The translations under genes were made by a program, and so were the position numbers. The notes beneath the pieces were generated by a model. The model was not told the origin of the DNA, did no database searches, and saw only the letters and a list, made by a program, of their open reading frames with translations. A DNA stretch of 64,000 bases, from assembly GCF_006345805.1 (NCBI RefSeq), contig NC_042997.1, forward strand, positions 87,110,001-87,174,000, in the 5' to 3' direction. Below, one piece after another: positions 13,447 through 24,180 of this stretch. Within the stretch, counting starts at the first letter, position 1, and each line of letters starts with the position of its first letter. Source of the stretch: Octopus sinensis. Lineage: Eukaryota.

Positions 13447-13586
13447 AGGTGCAAGTATGGTTGTGTGGTTAAGAAGCCCGCTTGGCAACCACGTGATTTC
13501 GGGTTCAATTTCACTACGTAGTACTATGGGCAAATAGATTATACTATAACCTCGAATCAACCAATGCCTTGTGAATGAAGCCCGTC

Positions 13587-13624
<38 letters not shown>

Positions 13625-14035
13625 AAGTGGAGTTGTAAGGTACCGCACGAGTGGAATTATATATGAAAGAAGGTTTGAAAATGCAATTTTAAAATAAACA
13701 TCTTTTAAAATTGTATTTTCAAACCTTCTTTCATATATATATATATATATACATATATGTCTCCCACCGTCACTTGAGAACCGGTGTTAGTATGCTTACA
13801 TCCACGTAAACAGACCGATAGAATAAATACCAGATTAACCTTTAGCACACTGTAGGTGCATCATGTCACTGTATGAGTTTTCCCCCATGTAATTAAGAAA
13901 AGTGGCAGAAGAAAAAAGTTTTGAAAAAATGCAATGTGATAAAGTTTAAAAAAATAAATTCTGGGGTCGATTTGTTTGGTTAAACCTTTCAAAGCGGTTC
14001 CCCATCATGGCCGCGTTCCAATGACTGAAGCAAGA
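13447..14035 (+). mobile_element. SINE-A with internal insertions
   Basis: Head GGTGCAAGTATGGTTGTGTGGTTAAGAAG...GGGTTCAATTTC, then (TA)n, then the 3' half ending CCAATGACTGAAGCAAG. Extra sequence at ~13620-13735 and ~13840-13950. Confidence 0.75.
13659..13738. repeat. 80-bp hairpin (36-bp arms, 8-nt loop)
   Basis: ATATATGAAAGAAGGTTTGAAAATGCAATTTTAAAA / TTTTAAAATTGTATTTTCAAACCTTCTTTCATATAT, one mismatch. Confidence 0.9.
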
Positions 14036-14273
14036 TTATTACAGGGTGTCACTTAGTTGACAAAACGATGGAACCGTTTACATCAATGACCCCAGTTAGT
14101 TATGGCTTCTTTGTCCGTGAGCATTCATTCAGTCGTTCGGCTCTTTAAATTCGTACTTGTAAAAATCAACGTAAAAGCAGGTGAGTATTCCACTAGTAAG
14201 TTACCCTTAACGCAACTGTCAAACAAAGTTATTGAGACAAAATCTGACAAGACCGAACCTTAAAATTACAGGT

Positions 14274-14353
<80 letters not shown>

Positions 14354-14834
14354 ATCGATTTCAGAACTAGAATCTCCGGCGGGACTTCAAATCGGGGCAA
14401 ACAGAGCCGGAACAAATACAATGCATTCATGCTTAGCTTTACATAATGGTACAGCCTCAGTAGGCAGTGAGCTGGCAGACTCGTTAAAGCACCGAACAAT
14501 GCGTTACCGTATTTGTTCTGCTTCTCTTTTCCTTTTCTTTTACGTTCTGAGTTTAAACTCCTTCGAAGAGTTTCCAAGTACTGGGGTAAAATAATATAGA
14601 TCATTCCCTTCTCTTCAAATTTGATGGCTTTGTGCTCAAATCAGAAACAATTTTTCGCAAACTCGCCAAGAGAAAACGATAAATCGGTCTCCAGAAGGGA
14701 TTTCAATTCAAAAAGTAGTGGAATGAGATTTAATTTCGGTTGTTGTTTTTATGTTGGGCAGGTTTCAAAACGCAACAGTTTCTTCCTTGTTCAAGCATTG
14801 TGAGCTTAAAATAAATTATTGCTTCCTAGATAAG

Positions 14835-16070
14835 CACAATGCCAAAAACTTGGTGAGAGGCGTAAGTTGTTTCAATAGGTCTTGGGTGCTTTATTTTATT
14901 AGTATCGAAATGATGAAAGGCCAAGCTGACTTAGGTGGGATTTGAATTCAGAACACAAAGAATCGACATAAATACGCAAGGCATTTTATCCAACGCTCTA
15001 ACGGCTCTGCAGTTCTATCACCCTTTGATTACAAAATCTGAAACATAAGAGAAAGTGTTAGTCGATTAAATCAATCCAAATATTTAACTCGTGTTTTATT
15101 GACCACGAAAATATGAAAGGCAAAATTGACCTTGACGGGATTTGAACACAGAACATAAAATCCGGAAGAGAAACTGCAATGCATTTTGTTCGATTCTGTC
15201 GATCCATCAACCTGTGTGTACAATAAATGTTTCTAATATTAAAAAAAAAAAAAGTAAGGTGGCGAGTGACAGAATCATTAGCACGCCGAACAAAATACCT
15301 TGCGGCATTTCGTTTGTCTCTACTTCCTGAGTTTAAATTCCACCGAGATCGACTTTGCCTGTCATCCCTTTCGGAGTCGATAAAATAACTACCATTTGAG
15401 CACTGGGGTCGATGGAATCGACTTATCCCTTCCCCAAAGTTGCTGGTCTTGTACCAAAATTCAATATAGGCAAGGGGCTGAAATTTAATTGAACACGACG
15501 GATAGAAGCAAAGTTGACCAAGGCAGGAATTGATTTTAAAATGTAAGGAGTCGCAATAAATACAAGACAGTATTTTTTTCCCACATACTCTAACAATTCT
15601 ACAAATCCACCACTTTGTCTTTAAGATAAATAATAATTTCAAATTTTAGTACAGGACCAGCAGTTTTTGAGGGGATAGGAAAATCGATTACATCGTCCCC
15701 AGTACTTGACTGGTACTTATTTTATCGACCACAAAAGGATGAAAGGCAAAGCCAACCTCGATGGAACTTGAACTCAGAACTTAATGACAGACGAAGTGCA
15801 GCTAAGCATTACTTGGCATGCTAACGGTTCTGCATGCTCGGCGTCATTGCCTTTAACATAAATAATGATTTCTGATATAGGCCCAAGCCCAATAGCTTGA
15901 GGGAAATGAATCGATCGGCACCATCGACCCCAGTATTTGACTGGTACTTTAAAATATCTGACCCGAAAAGATGATAAACAAAGTTGCTCTCTTCAGGATT
16001 TGAACTCAGAATGTCGAGACAGAACAAATACTATATCGTATTTTTCCCAGCAAGGATTCTGCCAATAATG
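14835..16070. mobile_element. Cluster of about six SINE-B copies (five minus, one plus)
   Basis: Copies at ~14835(-), 15055(-), 15255(+), 15468(-), 15635(-) and 15870(-). Confidence 0.75.
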
Positions 16071-16647
16071 TTTGTTGGCGTAGTACTGGATTGCCGATAA
16101 AAGAACCACTAGCTTATGTCATACATATGATGTCATGCATTGGAATCGAAACAGAATTCTCATAATGATAACTTCTCAACCATATGGCATGCCTCTATAT
16201 ACCACAAGAGTAGCTTCAATGCTAAATATTTTTTTCTTTTATAGCAAGTGCAAATACACTAATAGGTTTATATGGAGGAGCTCAGTCAAATCTTATTGTC
16301 ACTAAAGGAATTCGGCTTTGTCCTTGTATTTCCTAGAACGTTAATTATTTTTCATTATCTCAATTCTTTTCTTTTGATAAAATACATTATTATATTTATT
16401 TTCTTTCTTTCTCCTTTCGTGGTTCCTAATAAGTATAAGTATGACACATATTTTGAATGAGCATATATTGTTTTTACACAGATACTAACACACTCCCCGT
16501 ACATCAGCACATACCCGTATAGTCCATGCTGAAATATATATATATATATATATACACACAGACGTATGTATATATACGTCTCTCTCTCTCTCTCTCTCTC
16601 TGTATATATATATGTACATACACAGAGAGAGAGAGAGAGAGACGTAT

Positions 16648-16712
<65 letters not shown>

Positions 16713-16835
16713 TATACGTATATATTTCATATATATAGTATGTATATATATGTATGTATATATACATATACATATATATATATACATATTATATATAATA
16801 TATATATTTTCGCAGGAAGGAAGTTTTCTTCGAAG

Positions 16836-16901
16836 TATACGTCTCGCTTTTATCCTTCGAAACGTTTAGTAGATGAAACCTTAGCGACTGAAGAAGGGGA
16901 T
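16836..16901 (+). ncRNA. Candidate permuted hammerhead ribozyme (copy 1)
   Basis: acg-TC-tcgct ... atccttc-GAAA-cgt ... agcga-CTGAAGA-aggggat; stems I, II and III can all pair. Confidence 0.6.
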
Positions 16902-17690
16902 TTTTCGTTGTGCTTATTGTCCTGTATCTCTTTTTTTGCTTGTCTTGTTCCTTGGTTTGTGTCTATGTTTTTCGTCTCTCTATGTGTTCGACGTCTTTTT
17001 GGTGTCCTGTACACATATATGCGTGTATATGTACATGTAGAGGTAGGTACGTACATATATGTTTATATATATGCATATGTTCTATTTTATTAACTTATTA
17101 TACGACTAAACGCACGCACCCTATTAAGTAAGATTGTTCTGTTTATCAAGTTAGCCTTGATATTAACTCTCACGCGACTCTGCATCTTTCTTTCTTCTCT
17201 CCCATTCCCTTTTTCGTCTTTTTTCCCTCACTTAACTTGTCTCTTCCTCTCTCTCTCATTCTTCATTCTCTCTCTCCCTTTCACCATTCTTCATGGTCTC
17301 CTCGCACCATTCCCCTTCTTCTCTCTCTTCCTCTTGCTCCTCCTCCCCCATTCCCGTCGTCCATCTGCGACGATACTTCCGTCGTAACTGCTATCCTGTC
17401 TTTTCTCGCCCGCCTTCTAAGGCTACTGGTCGACATTTTTTCTCTCTCGTCGTCCACTATAATCCAGCGTTTGTAATACTTTTTTCGTCTGGCGTTAACA
17501 GCCCTTCTTATCTTGTTCTCCTTGTCCTGTCTCTCACTGTCATATATTTATTTTTCCACTGTTTATATATATATTTTTTACTGTTTATATGTTTGTACTG
17601 TCGTTACCGTCTTGCTTTTTTTACCCCTCTGCGAAAAGATCTCAGAATTTTAATTGATTTGCTTTTCGCAGGAAGGAAGTTTTCCCGAAG

Positions 17691-17756
17691 TATACGTCTC
17701 GCTTTTATCCTTCGAAACGTTTAGTAGATGAAACCTTAGCGACTGAAGAAGGGGGT
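17691..17756 (+). ncRNA. Candidate permuted hammerhead ribozyme (copy 2)
   Basis: Same motif. One A>G change in stem II keeps pairing as G-U. Confidence 0.6.
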
Positions 17757-17944
17757 TTTTCGTTGTGCTTATTGTCCTGTATCTCTTTTTTTGCTTGTCT
17801 TGTTCCTTGGTTTGTGTCTATGTTTTTCGTCTCTCTATGTGTTCGACGTCTTTTGGTGTCCTGTACACATATATGCGTGTATATGTACATGTAGAGGTAG
17901 GTACGTACATATATGTTTATATATATGCATATGTTCTATTTTAT

Positions 17945-18003
<59 letters not shown>

Positions 18004-18697
18004 TACATATCTGGAAAATCAGTGTGTTTGTGGCGTTGTTAGCTAACGTATATATTATATATATATATAGTATGTATATATATATGTATGTATGTATATA
18101 TACATATACATATATATACACATATTATATATATAAAGATATATATATATATATATACACTACATATCTGGAAAATCAGTGTGTGTTTGTGGCATTGTTA
18201 GCTAACTCCTCTTACATTGTTTTATTGATCTTGATGAAACTTGATACGTGAGTAGAACTGATGTCTGGAAACGTCGTGACATGCTAAGATTGTTGAAAAA
18301 ATCGATAATACGGCCCCTAGAAGGGATCTTTATATCAACCTCATGTAAGTAATTTTTTTAAACAGCCAAGGGAAATAACGCATAGCACCTGCATAATATT
18401 TTTAAATACTCAAAGGAAATAACCCAAAGCACCTTCACTTTATTTCATTTCTTACTATCAGGTAATTAATTGTATGTTATTACATAACTGACTTCACAAT
18501 GTGGGTATTCATAACTTATTGGGAACTCCTAAAAACAAGATCCTGTGTCAGATAGTTCGGTATTCTCAATAAATGCACAAAATCCTTTTTAAGTACTATA
18601 AAATTTGTATTGTTATTACTGGATTAGCGAAACAATTATGAGAACGGGACCAAGGGATAAGTCCCGCTTTCGCGGGAATTACCGGTTATGTCAGCTA

Positions 18698-19179
18698 GTA
18701 TATGCATATATTGGCACAGGACGACACCAACAGTAAACAATATGAAATACGAAAACAAATTAGTTAAATACGCAAACAACGAAACAAATGGAAAACAGGA
18801 CAAGTAACACAAAAAACGACCTTTCATCAGTTGTCGGCTGTCTAGTCCTCATTTCGAGCATTGAACGAGAATATGAGTCTTCGAAGACAGTTGGTCCCAT
18901 AAATGCCAAATAAGATATTGGATTTATGGAGGGTCAAAGTTGGGAACAAAAACAGGACAGTGGAGACATACAGGAAAACCGAACGTAAACAAACATGGAG
19001 GGTCGTTAGACCAGAACGAGGGTAAAATAGCGAACGGTTGAGAAATATCTCCTTTGGTAAGAGAAAAGATAGAAGCCTTCCAGTCCTTAGGACATTCCTG
19101 ATTGAACTCATTTGCTTTCATACTTCATGTCGTTTACTGTTGTGACGTCCTGTACCCATATATGCATGTATATGTATAA

Positions 19180-19180
<1 letters not shown>
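18698..19180 (-). mobile_element. ~480-bp non-coding element with ~70-bp imperfect terminal inverted repeats (Penelope-like or MITE)
   Basis: TATATGCATATATTGGCACAGGACGACACCAACAGTAAAC... at 18698 is the diverged reverse complement of 19105-19180. The U-rich tail resembles the 16.8-kb repeat. Confidence 0.6.
18813..18877 (-). ncRNA. Candidate permuted hammerhead ribozyme
   Basis: Minus strand: ctca-TA-ttctcg ... gctc-GAAA-tgag ... cgacaa-CTGATGA-aagg. Stem III 4 bp, stem I 5 of 6 bp, stem II weak. Confidence 0.5.
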
Positions 19181-19232
<52 letters not shown>

Positions 19233-19271
19233 ATGTGTGTATACATATATATATATATGTGTATACATGTG

Positions 19272-19315
<44 letters not shown>

Positions 19316-19495
19316 AAAGTAAGAAGAGATGTTATGAGGGTAACCCACTATGGGATATCAGTTATCCAATATACTGCTGGTGAATTATTTGGTATAATTA
19401 ATAAATAATATGAAATTGGAATATCCGTAAGTTGATGATCGAAATGAATTTGTTCCTCCATTTTCTTATATATATATATATATAATATATATATA

Positions 19496-19535
<40 letters not shown>

Positions 19536-19699
19536 TATATATATATATATATATTGGAAATAGTGGCACAACAAGGTATACATATATTTACGTAGGCGCA
19601 AACGTATTTTAGAGAGGAAGAAGTTTGAATTAAAAGCTACATATCAGTGTGAGTAGTGGATTCGCGGGTATTCATTATAATTTCATATAAGAATTTAAA

Positions 19700-19746
<47 letters not shown>

Positions 19747-19877
19747 TCTCTCTTTCTCTGTGTGAACAAATGCACAGGAACACAAACACCCGCGCACATA
19801 TACACAAATTCATAAGCATACACGCGCACACACACTTAGATATGTTTTTTTCTATTTGGCAAAACAGCTTCGTATAA

Positions 19878-19970
<93 letters not shown>

Positions 19971-20199
19971 TGTGTGTGTGTACGTCTGGGTGTATGCAAA
20001 AGCATGAATTAGAGACTGGCACTTATATTGAAGAATATTCTACATAACTAATCTAACTCAAGAAATTCTTAGCTAAAGATTATAAGTGCACAACTATCTA
20101 ACTGTGTGTGTGTGTGTGTGTGCGCGTGCGTGTGTGAGTGTGTGTCTGTGTGTGTGCGCGCGCGTGTGTGTTCGTAAGGAAACGTTGATGTGTCTATAT

Positions 20200-20201
20200 A
20201 C

Positions 20202-20276
<75 letters not shown>
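20200..20276. repeat. (GATA)n microsatellite
   Basis: Perfect GATA run. Confidence 0.95.
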
Positions 20277-21049
20277 GTTCACGCACATATGTGTATACAT
20301 ACATAATGATAGAGGAGAAAAGAGCAAGCGCAGTGCAAGAGGTAGGCTAGAAATACTAAGGCTGTACACCGACAGTACATGAAAATTATAATGGCCAACA
20401 TAGCTCAAATTGTAAACATTGCTGCCTAAAACCTTAAACACTGGAGCGTTAATAATAATGTTCCTGTATGCGATATGCGATTACTTTTGCTCTTAACTGA
20501 AGTTGCTTCATTTTTAATAATTATTTTCTTTTTATCCTTTCTAATCACTTATTGCGTATGTATAAGTACGTGTGTGTTTGTTCCCATATGCATATGCGTG
20601 TGTGTGTGTATGTGTGCGTGTGTGTGTATGTAGCCAATAACACACCTACATTCACGTACACTCACACACACTCGCTAGTCTTGTTTCTCTCTCTATGAAC
20701 AAATACACAGGCCCACTAGACAGAAGACATACCGCAGAGTTAGATACGTATATACACGCAGACACAAAATTATGACTACTTTAACACTCAAACGTGTCCT
20801 AAGCACTATATGAGTATGTGTATATACATGTCGCTATAGGCACCACACACACACGCATACACACACACATATTCAGCAGCTTTCTGTCCAATTCGTCTTT
20901 CTAATGCATCTGATGTCGCTGGAATGTTGATCTCACTTCTAAAAGCACCATGTGACCCGCCTTGACTAATAGCAGCCCGTTTTCTAATAGCCATCTGGAA
21001 CTTTCTGTGTTTCTTCATTCGGTAATCTCTGTTAGAAGCCTGCAAAACT

Positions 21050-22150
21050 TTAAGTCACATTGTACCGAATCAAACTATTTTAAATAATAATATGGACCAC
21101 TACTGTTCATAATGGCCCTCTCAGACATGCCCTCAACCACACAGAGAGCCATGATCACAAGTTATGCAGATGATACAAAAGTATCACAGGTAATACATGC
21201 ACCTGCAATGTGAGCTGGATGAAATATTCAAGTGGGCTGAAAAGAATAGCATGCAGTTTAATGCTGAAAAGTTTCAAGCCTTGTGCTATCAGCATGCAAA
21301 ACTAAATGCAATACCCAATAAATACACTGGACCTGGAGGGATCGTAATCCCAGAGGCACAGTCAGTGCGAGACCTGGGCATTTACATGAGTAATGATGCA
21401 TCCTTTCATGTACATGTTGCTAAATTGGCAACGAAATGCTGGAGGCTGTCCGGATGGTTTCTTAGAACTTTTAGAACAAGAGACCAGGAAACCATGACGG
21501 TCCTCTGGAGGACACTTGTCCTAAGCCACTTTGACTATTGCTCTCAGCTATGGTCAACAACCAGTGTTAAATTAACCCCAGAACTTGAGGCAATCCAACG
21601 AAGCTATACGAAGGTGATAGCTTCTATGCAGCATATAAGCTATTGGGAAAGACTCAAGAGATTAAGACTCTATTCCTTAGAGCGTAGGCGAGAAAGATAT
21701 GCCATAATATACATCTGAAAGATCCTGGAAGGACTTGTCCCAAACTTTGGCATCGAGAGTTACACAACTACTAGAACTGGGCGTCACTGCATAGTGCCAA
21801 GGACTCCAAATTTGCCATCAAGATGTAGGACAAGATACTGCAATAGCCTGGGCTTCAGAGATCCACAGCTCTTCAATATCCTCCCGAAGGACCTAAGAGA
21901 CCTGCATGGGGTGGATGTCAGTGTCTTCAAAATAAAGCTGGGCCTCTTCCTGTGAAGTGTCCCAGATGAACCAACCTTGCGGCAGGAGGTGCAGATGAGG
22001 GCAGCTGTGTCAAACTCTCTCATGCACCAAATGTCAATTCCTGAAAGGCATTCGTGAAGTAAAATCATGTAGCAACAGCAAATGGCGGTGCCCCAGTATG
22101 GACACAGCTCGTGAGCTGAAACTAGATAAATTAAAATAAATAAAAATAAA
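21050..22150 (+). mobile_element. CR1-type LINE, 5'-truncated 3' end (RT C-terminus, 3' UTR, A-rich tail)
   Basis: YADDTK, KWAEKNSMQFNAEKF, RDLGI, LDYCSQLW-like HFDYCSQLW, YWERLKRLRLYSLERRRER. Stops present; (TAAAA)n tail at ~22128-22150. Confidence 0.9.
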
Positions 22151-22485
22151 GAATGTTGTTAATTTCCTGTTCTTTGTATTTGTGTACCATTTCTCCGGTT
22201 ATTTTTCGCCCTTGTTTTTGTATACATTTGCTGCTTTCTTTCAAAGACTTCTGTGGTCTTGGCTTAGTTTTTCCTTGGAGCTGGCCAGATTGGAGCAATC
22301 TCGAGTATAACCAGCCGAAATTGCAAAGACAATCTGGAACTCGACTGAGGAAAGAAAACTCTGAATGACCCGTCCTTGTTTTCTTTGTGTCGTCTGTCTG
22401 GATGTTTTGTTGTCCTTTTTTGTATCACCTAACTGTCTGGATGTTTTGTGTTCTTGTCCCGTTTTTGTATTTTATATATATTGGG
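22151..22485 (+). mobile_element. U-rich non-coding repeat carrying hammerhead motifs (Penelope-like, third family)
   Basis: Same layout as the 16.8 and 18.8 kb repeats (core motifs followed by a T-rich tail with GTC/TGTCC motifs) but different sequence. Confidence 0.45.
22295..22355 (+). ncRNA. Candidate permuted hammerhead ribozyme
   Basis: gcaa-TC-tcgagt ... ccagcc-GAAA-ttgc ... actcga-CTGAGGA. Stem III (4 bp) and stem I (6 bp) are perfect; stem II is not evident. Confidence 0.55.
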
Positions 22486-22503
22486 AAGCAAGCTTCTTAT
22501 ATA

Positions 22504-22578
<75 letters not shown>

Positions 22579-23191
22579 TGGATTGGTTACGGTTAGAGAA
22601 CTTTTGCTCATAGTTCTGCTCAGTTAGGGCTGACCTAGGATTAAACAACAATCATCAACACTCATCGTCACCCCTCCCACCATATACACCGGTGATACAG
22701 TAACTGTTGTTACTTTCGTTGTTGATGCTGTTGTTGTTGTTGTCGTTGTTGCTGTTGATGATGATGATGATGATGATGATGATGACGACGACGTCGACGA
22801 CACCGAGGACGATGACGGCAATGGTGATGATAACTTCTGTTAATATCGTTGTTATTGTTGTTAACTGTGCCAAGTGTGATCCCATCAAACCAAACCCTCC
22901 ACAATGTGAAGTGATCACCTCACAAGACATGACAGCTGCAGCACCATCAACTTAACTTACTGACGACAACAAACATCTTAATGACATTCTATTGATATCT
23001 CTCTTTCTTTGTCTTTCTTCCTTCATTGTTCCTTTTCCTTCTTCATCTCTTTTTTTTCTTTTCTGTTTATATTTCTTCTTTCTTCTTCTTCTTTCCTGCC
23101 TGTCTTTTCTTCCCATCCGCCTTTTTCGTTTCCTTTTTAACTTTCTTTATGCCATCTCTTGTATTTTTCCTTTTCTATCTTCCTATCTATC

Positions 23192-23203
23192 TTATCTTAC
23201 TGT

Positions 23204-23275
<72 letters not shown>

Positions 23276-23316
23276 TATATAAATATGCGTGTATATCTGT
23301 CTATCAGTCTGTCTGC

Positions 23317-23391
<75 letters not shown>

Positions 23392-23434
23392 GCTAGCTAG
23401 CTAGCTAGCTAGCTAGATAGATAGACAGACAGAC

Positions 23435-23518
<84 letters not shown>

Positions 23519-23523
23519 TGATT

Positions 23524-23578
<55 letters not shown>

Positions 23579-23580
23579 TA
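23192..23580. repeat. (TCTA)n-(CTAG)n-(TAGA)n fold-back microsatellite
   Basis: The TCTA run switches through a palindromic CTAG run into its own reverse complement. Confidence 0.9.
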
Positions 23581-23869
23581 GCTAGCATAGCTGGCTATCT
23601 CAATTTTTTTTCATTGCTTCTTTTCTTTTCCATATTTCTTACATTATTATCCAACATTCCTCTTTTTTCGTTTCTCTTCTTTTCTCCTCTTCCTGCCTTC
23701 TTTACATTTTTCTTCCTTTCTATATCCTCCATCCTTCCTCTCCTTGGTGTATCTCTTCTGCTGATTTCTTTCTCTTTATCTGTTTTTGCTTTCTTCTTCC
23801 TTCCTTTCTTTCTTCTTACCTTCCTTCTTTCTTTGCACTCTTTCTTTTAGCCGAACAAATTGTCGCCAG

Positions 23870-24180
23870 TGCATATTTTTCAGTCTAGCACTTATTCTAT
23901 CAGTCTCTTTTGTCGAACCGCTATTTTACTAGAACGTAAACAAACACTCACCAGACGTCAAGCGGTCAGTCGGGAGACAGACACGCACTCATACTTATGT
24001 ACACAACACACACGCACACATATACGATGGGTTTCCACACAATTTCTGTCAACCGAATTCACACGCCCTTGCGATCCAAGGCTAGTAGGAGACACTGAAC
24101 CAAGGTGACATGCAGTGAGACTGAACCCGATTCTACGCGGCAGCAAACGTTCTAGCTACACAGCCATGCCTGCGCCAAGC
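23870..24180 (-). mobile_element. SINE-A (diverged)
   Basis: Head GGCGCAGGCATGGCTGTGTAGCTAG... on minus, with core and partial 3' half. Confidence 0.7.

Larger units (their letters stand above)
16806..17948 (+). mobile_element. Non-coding partial-tandem element (Penelope pseudo-LTR or retrozyme-like) within (TA)n
   Basis: A ~287-bp near-identical direct repeat (16806-17093 and 17662-17948) flanks a pyrimidine-rich spacer. Each copy has hammerhead core motifs. No TG..CA LTR ends and no ORF. Confidence 0.65.

Noticed and set aside
14040-14060. TA|CAGGGTG as a Tc1/mariner TIR
   Set aside because: No matching inverted end found nearby.
22484-22500. GGGAAGCAAGCTTCTTA followed by (TA)n as a fourth targeted insertion
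   Set aside because: It is only a 17-bp SINE-A head fragment, with no ORF1-only element sequence adjacent.
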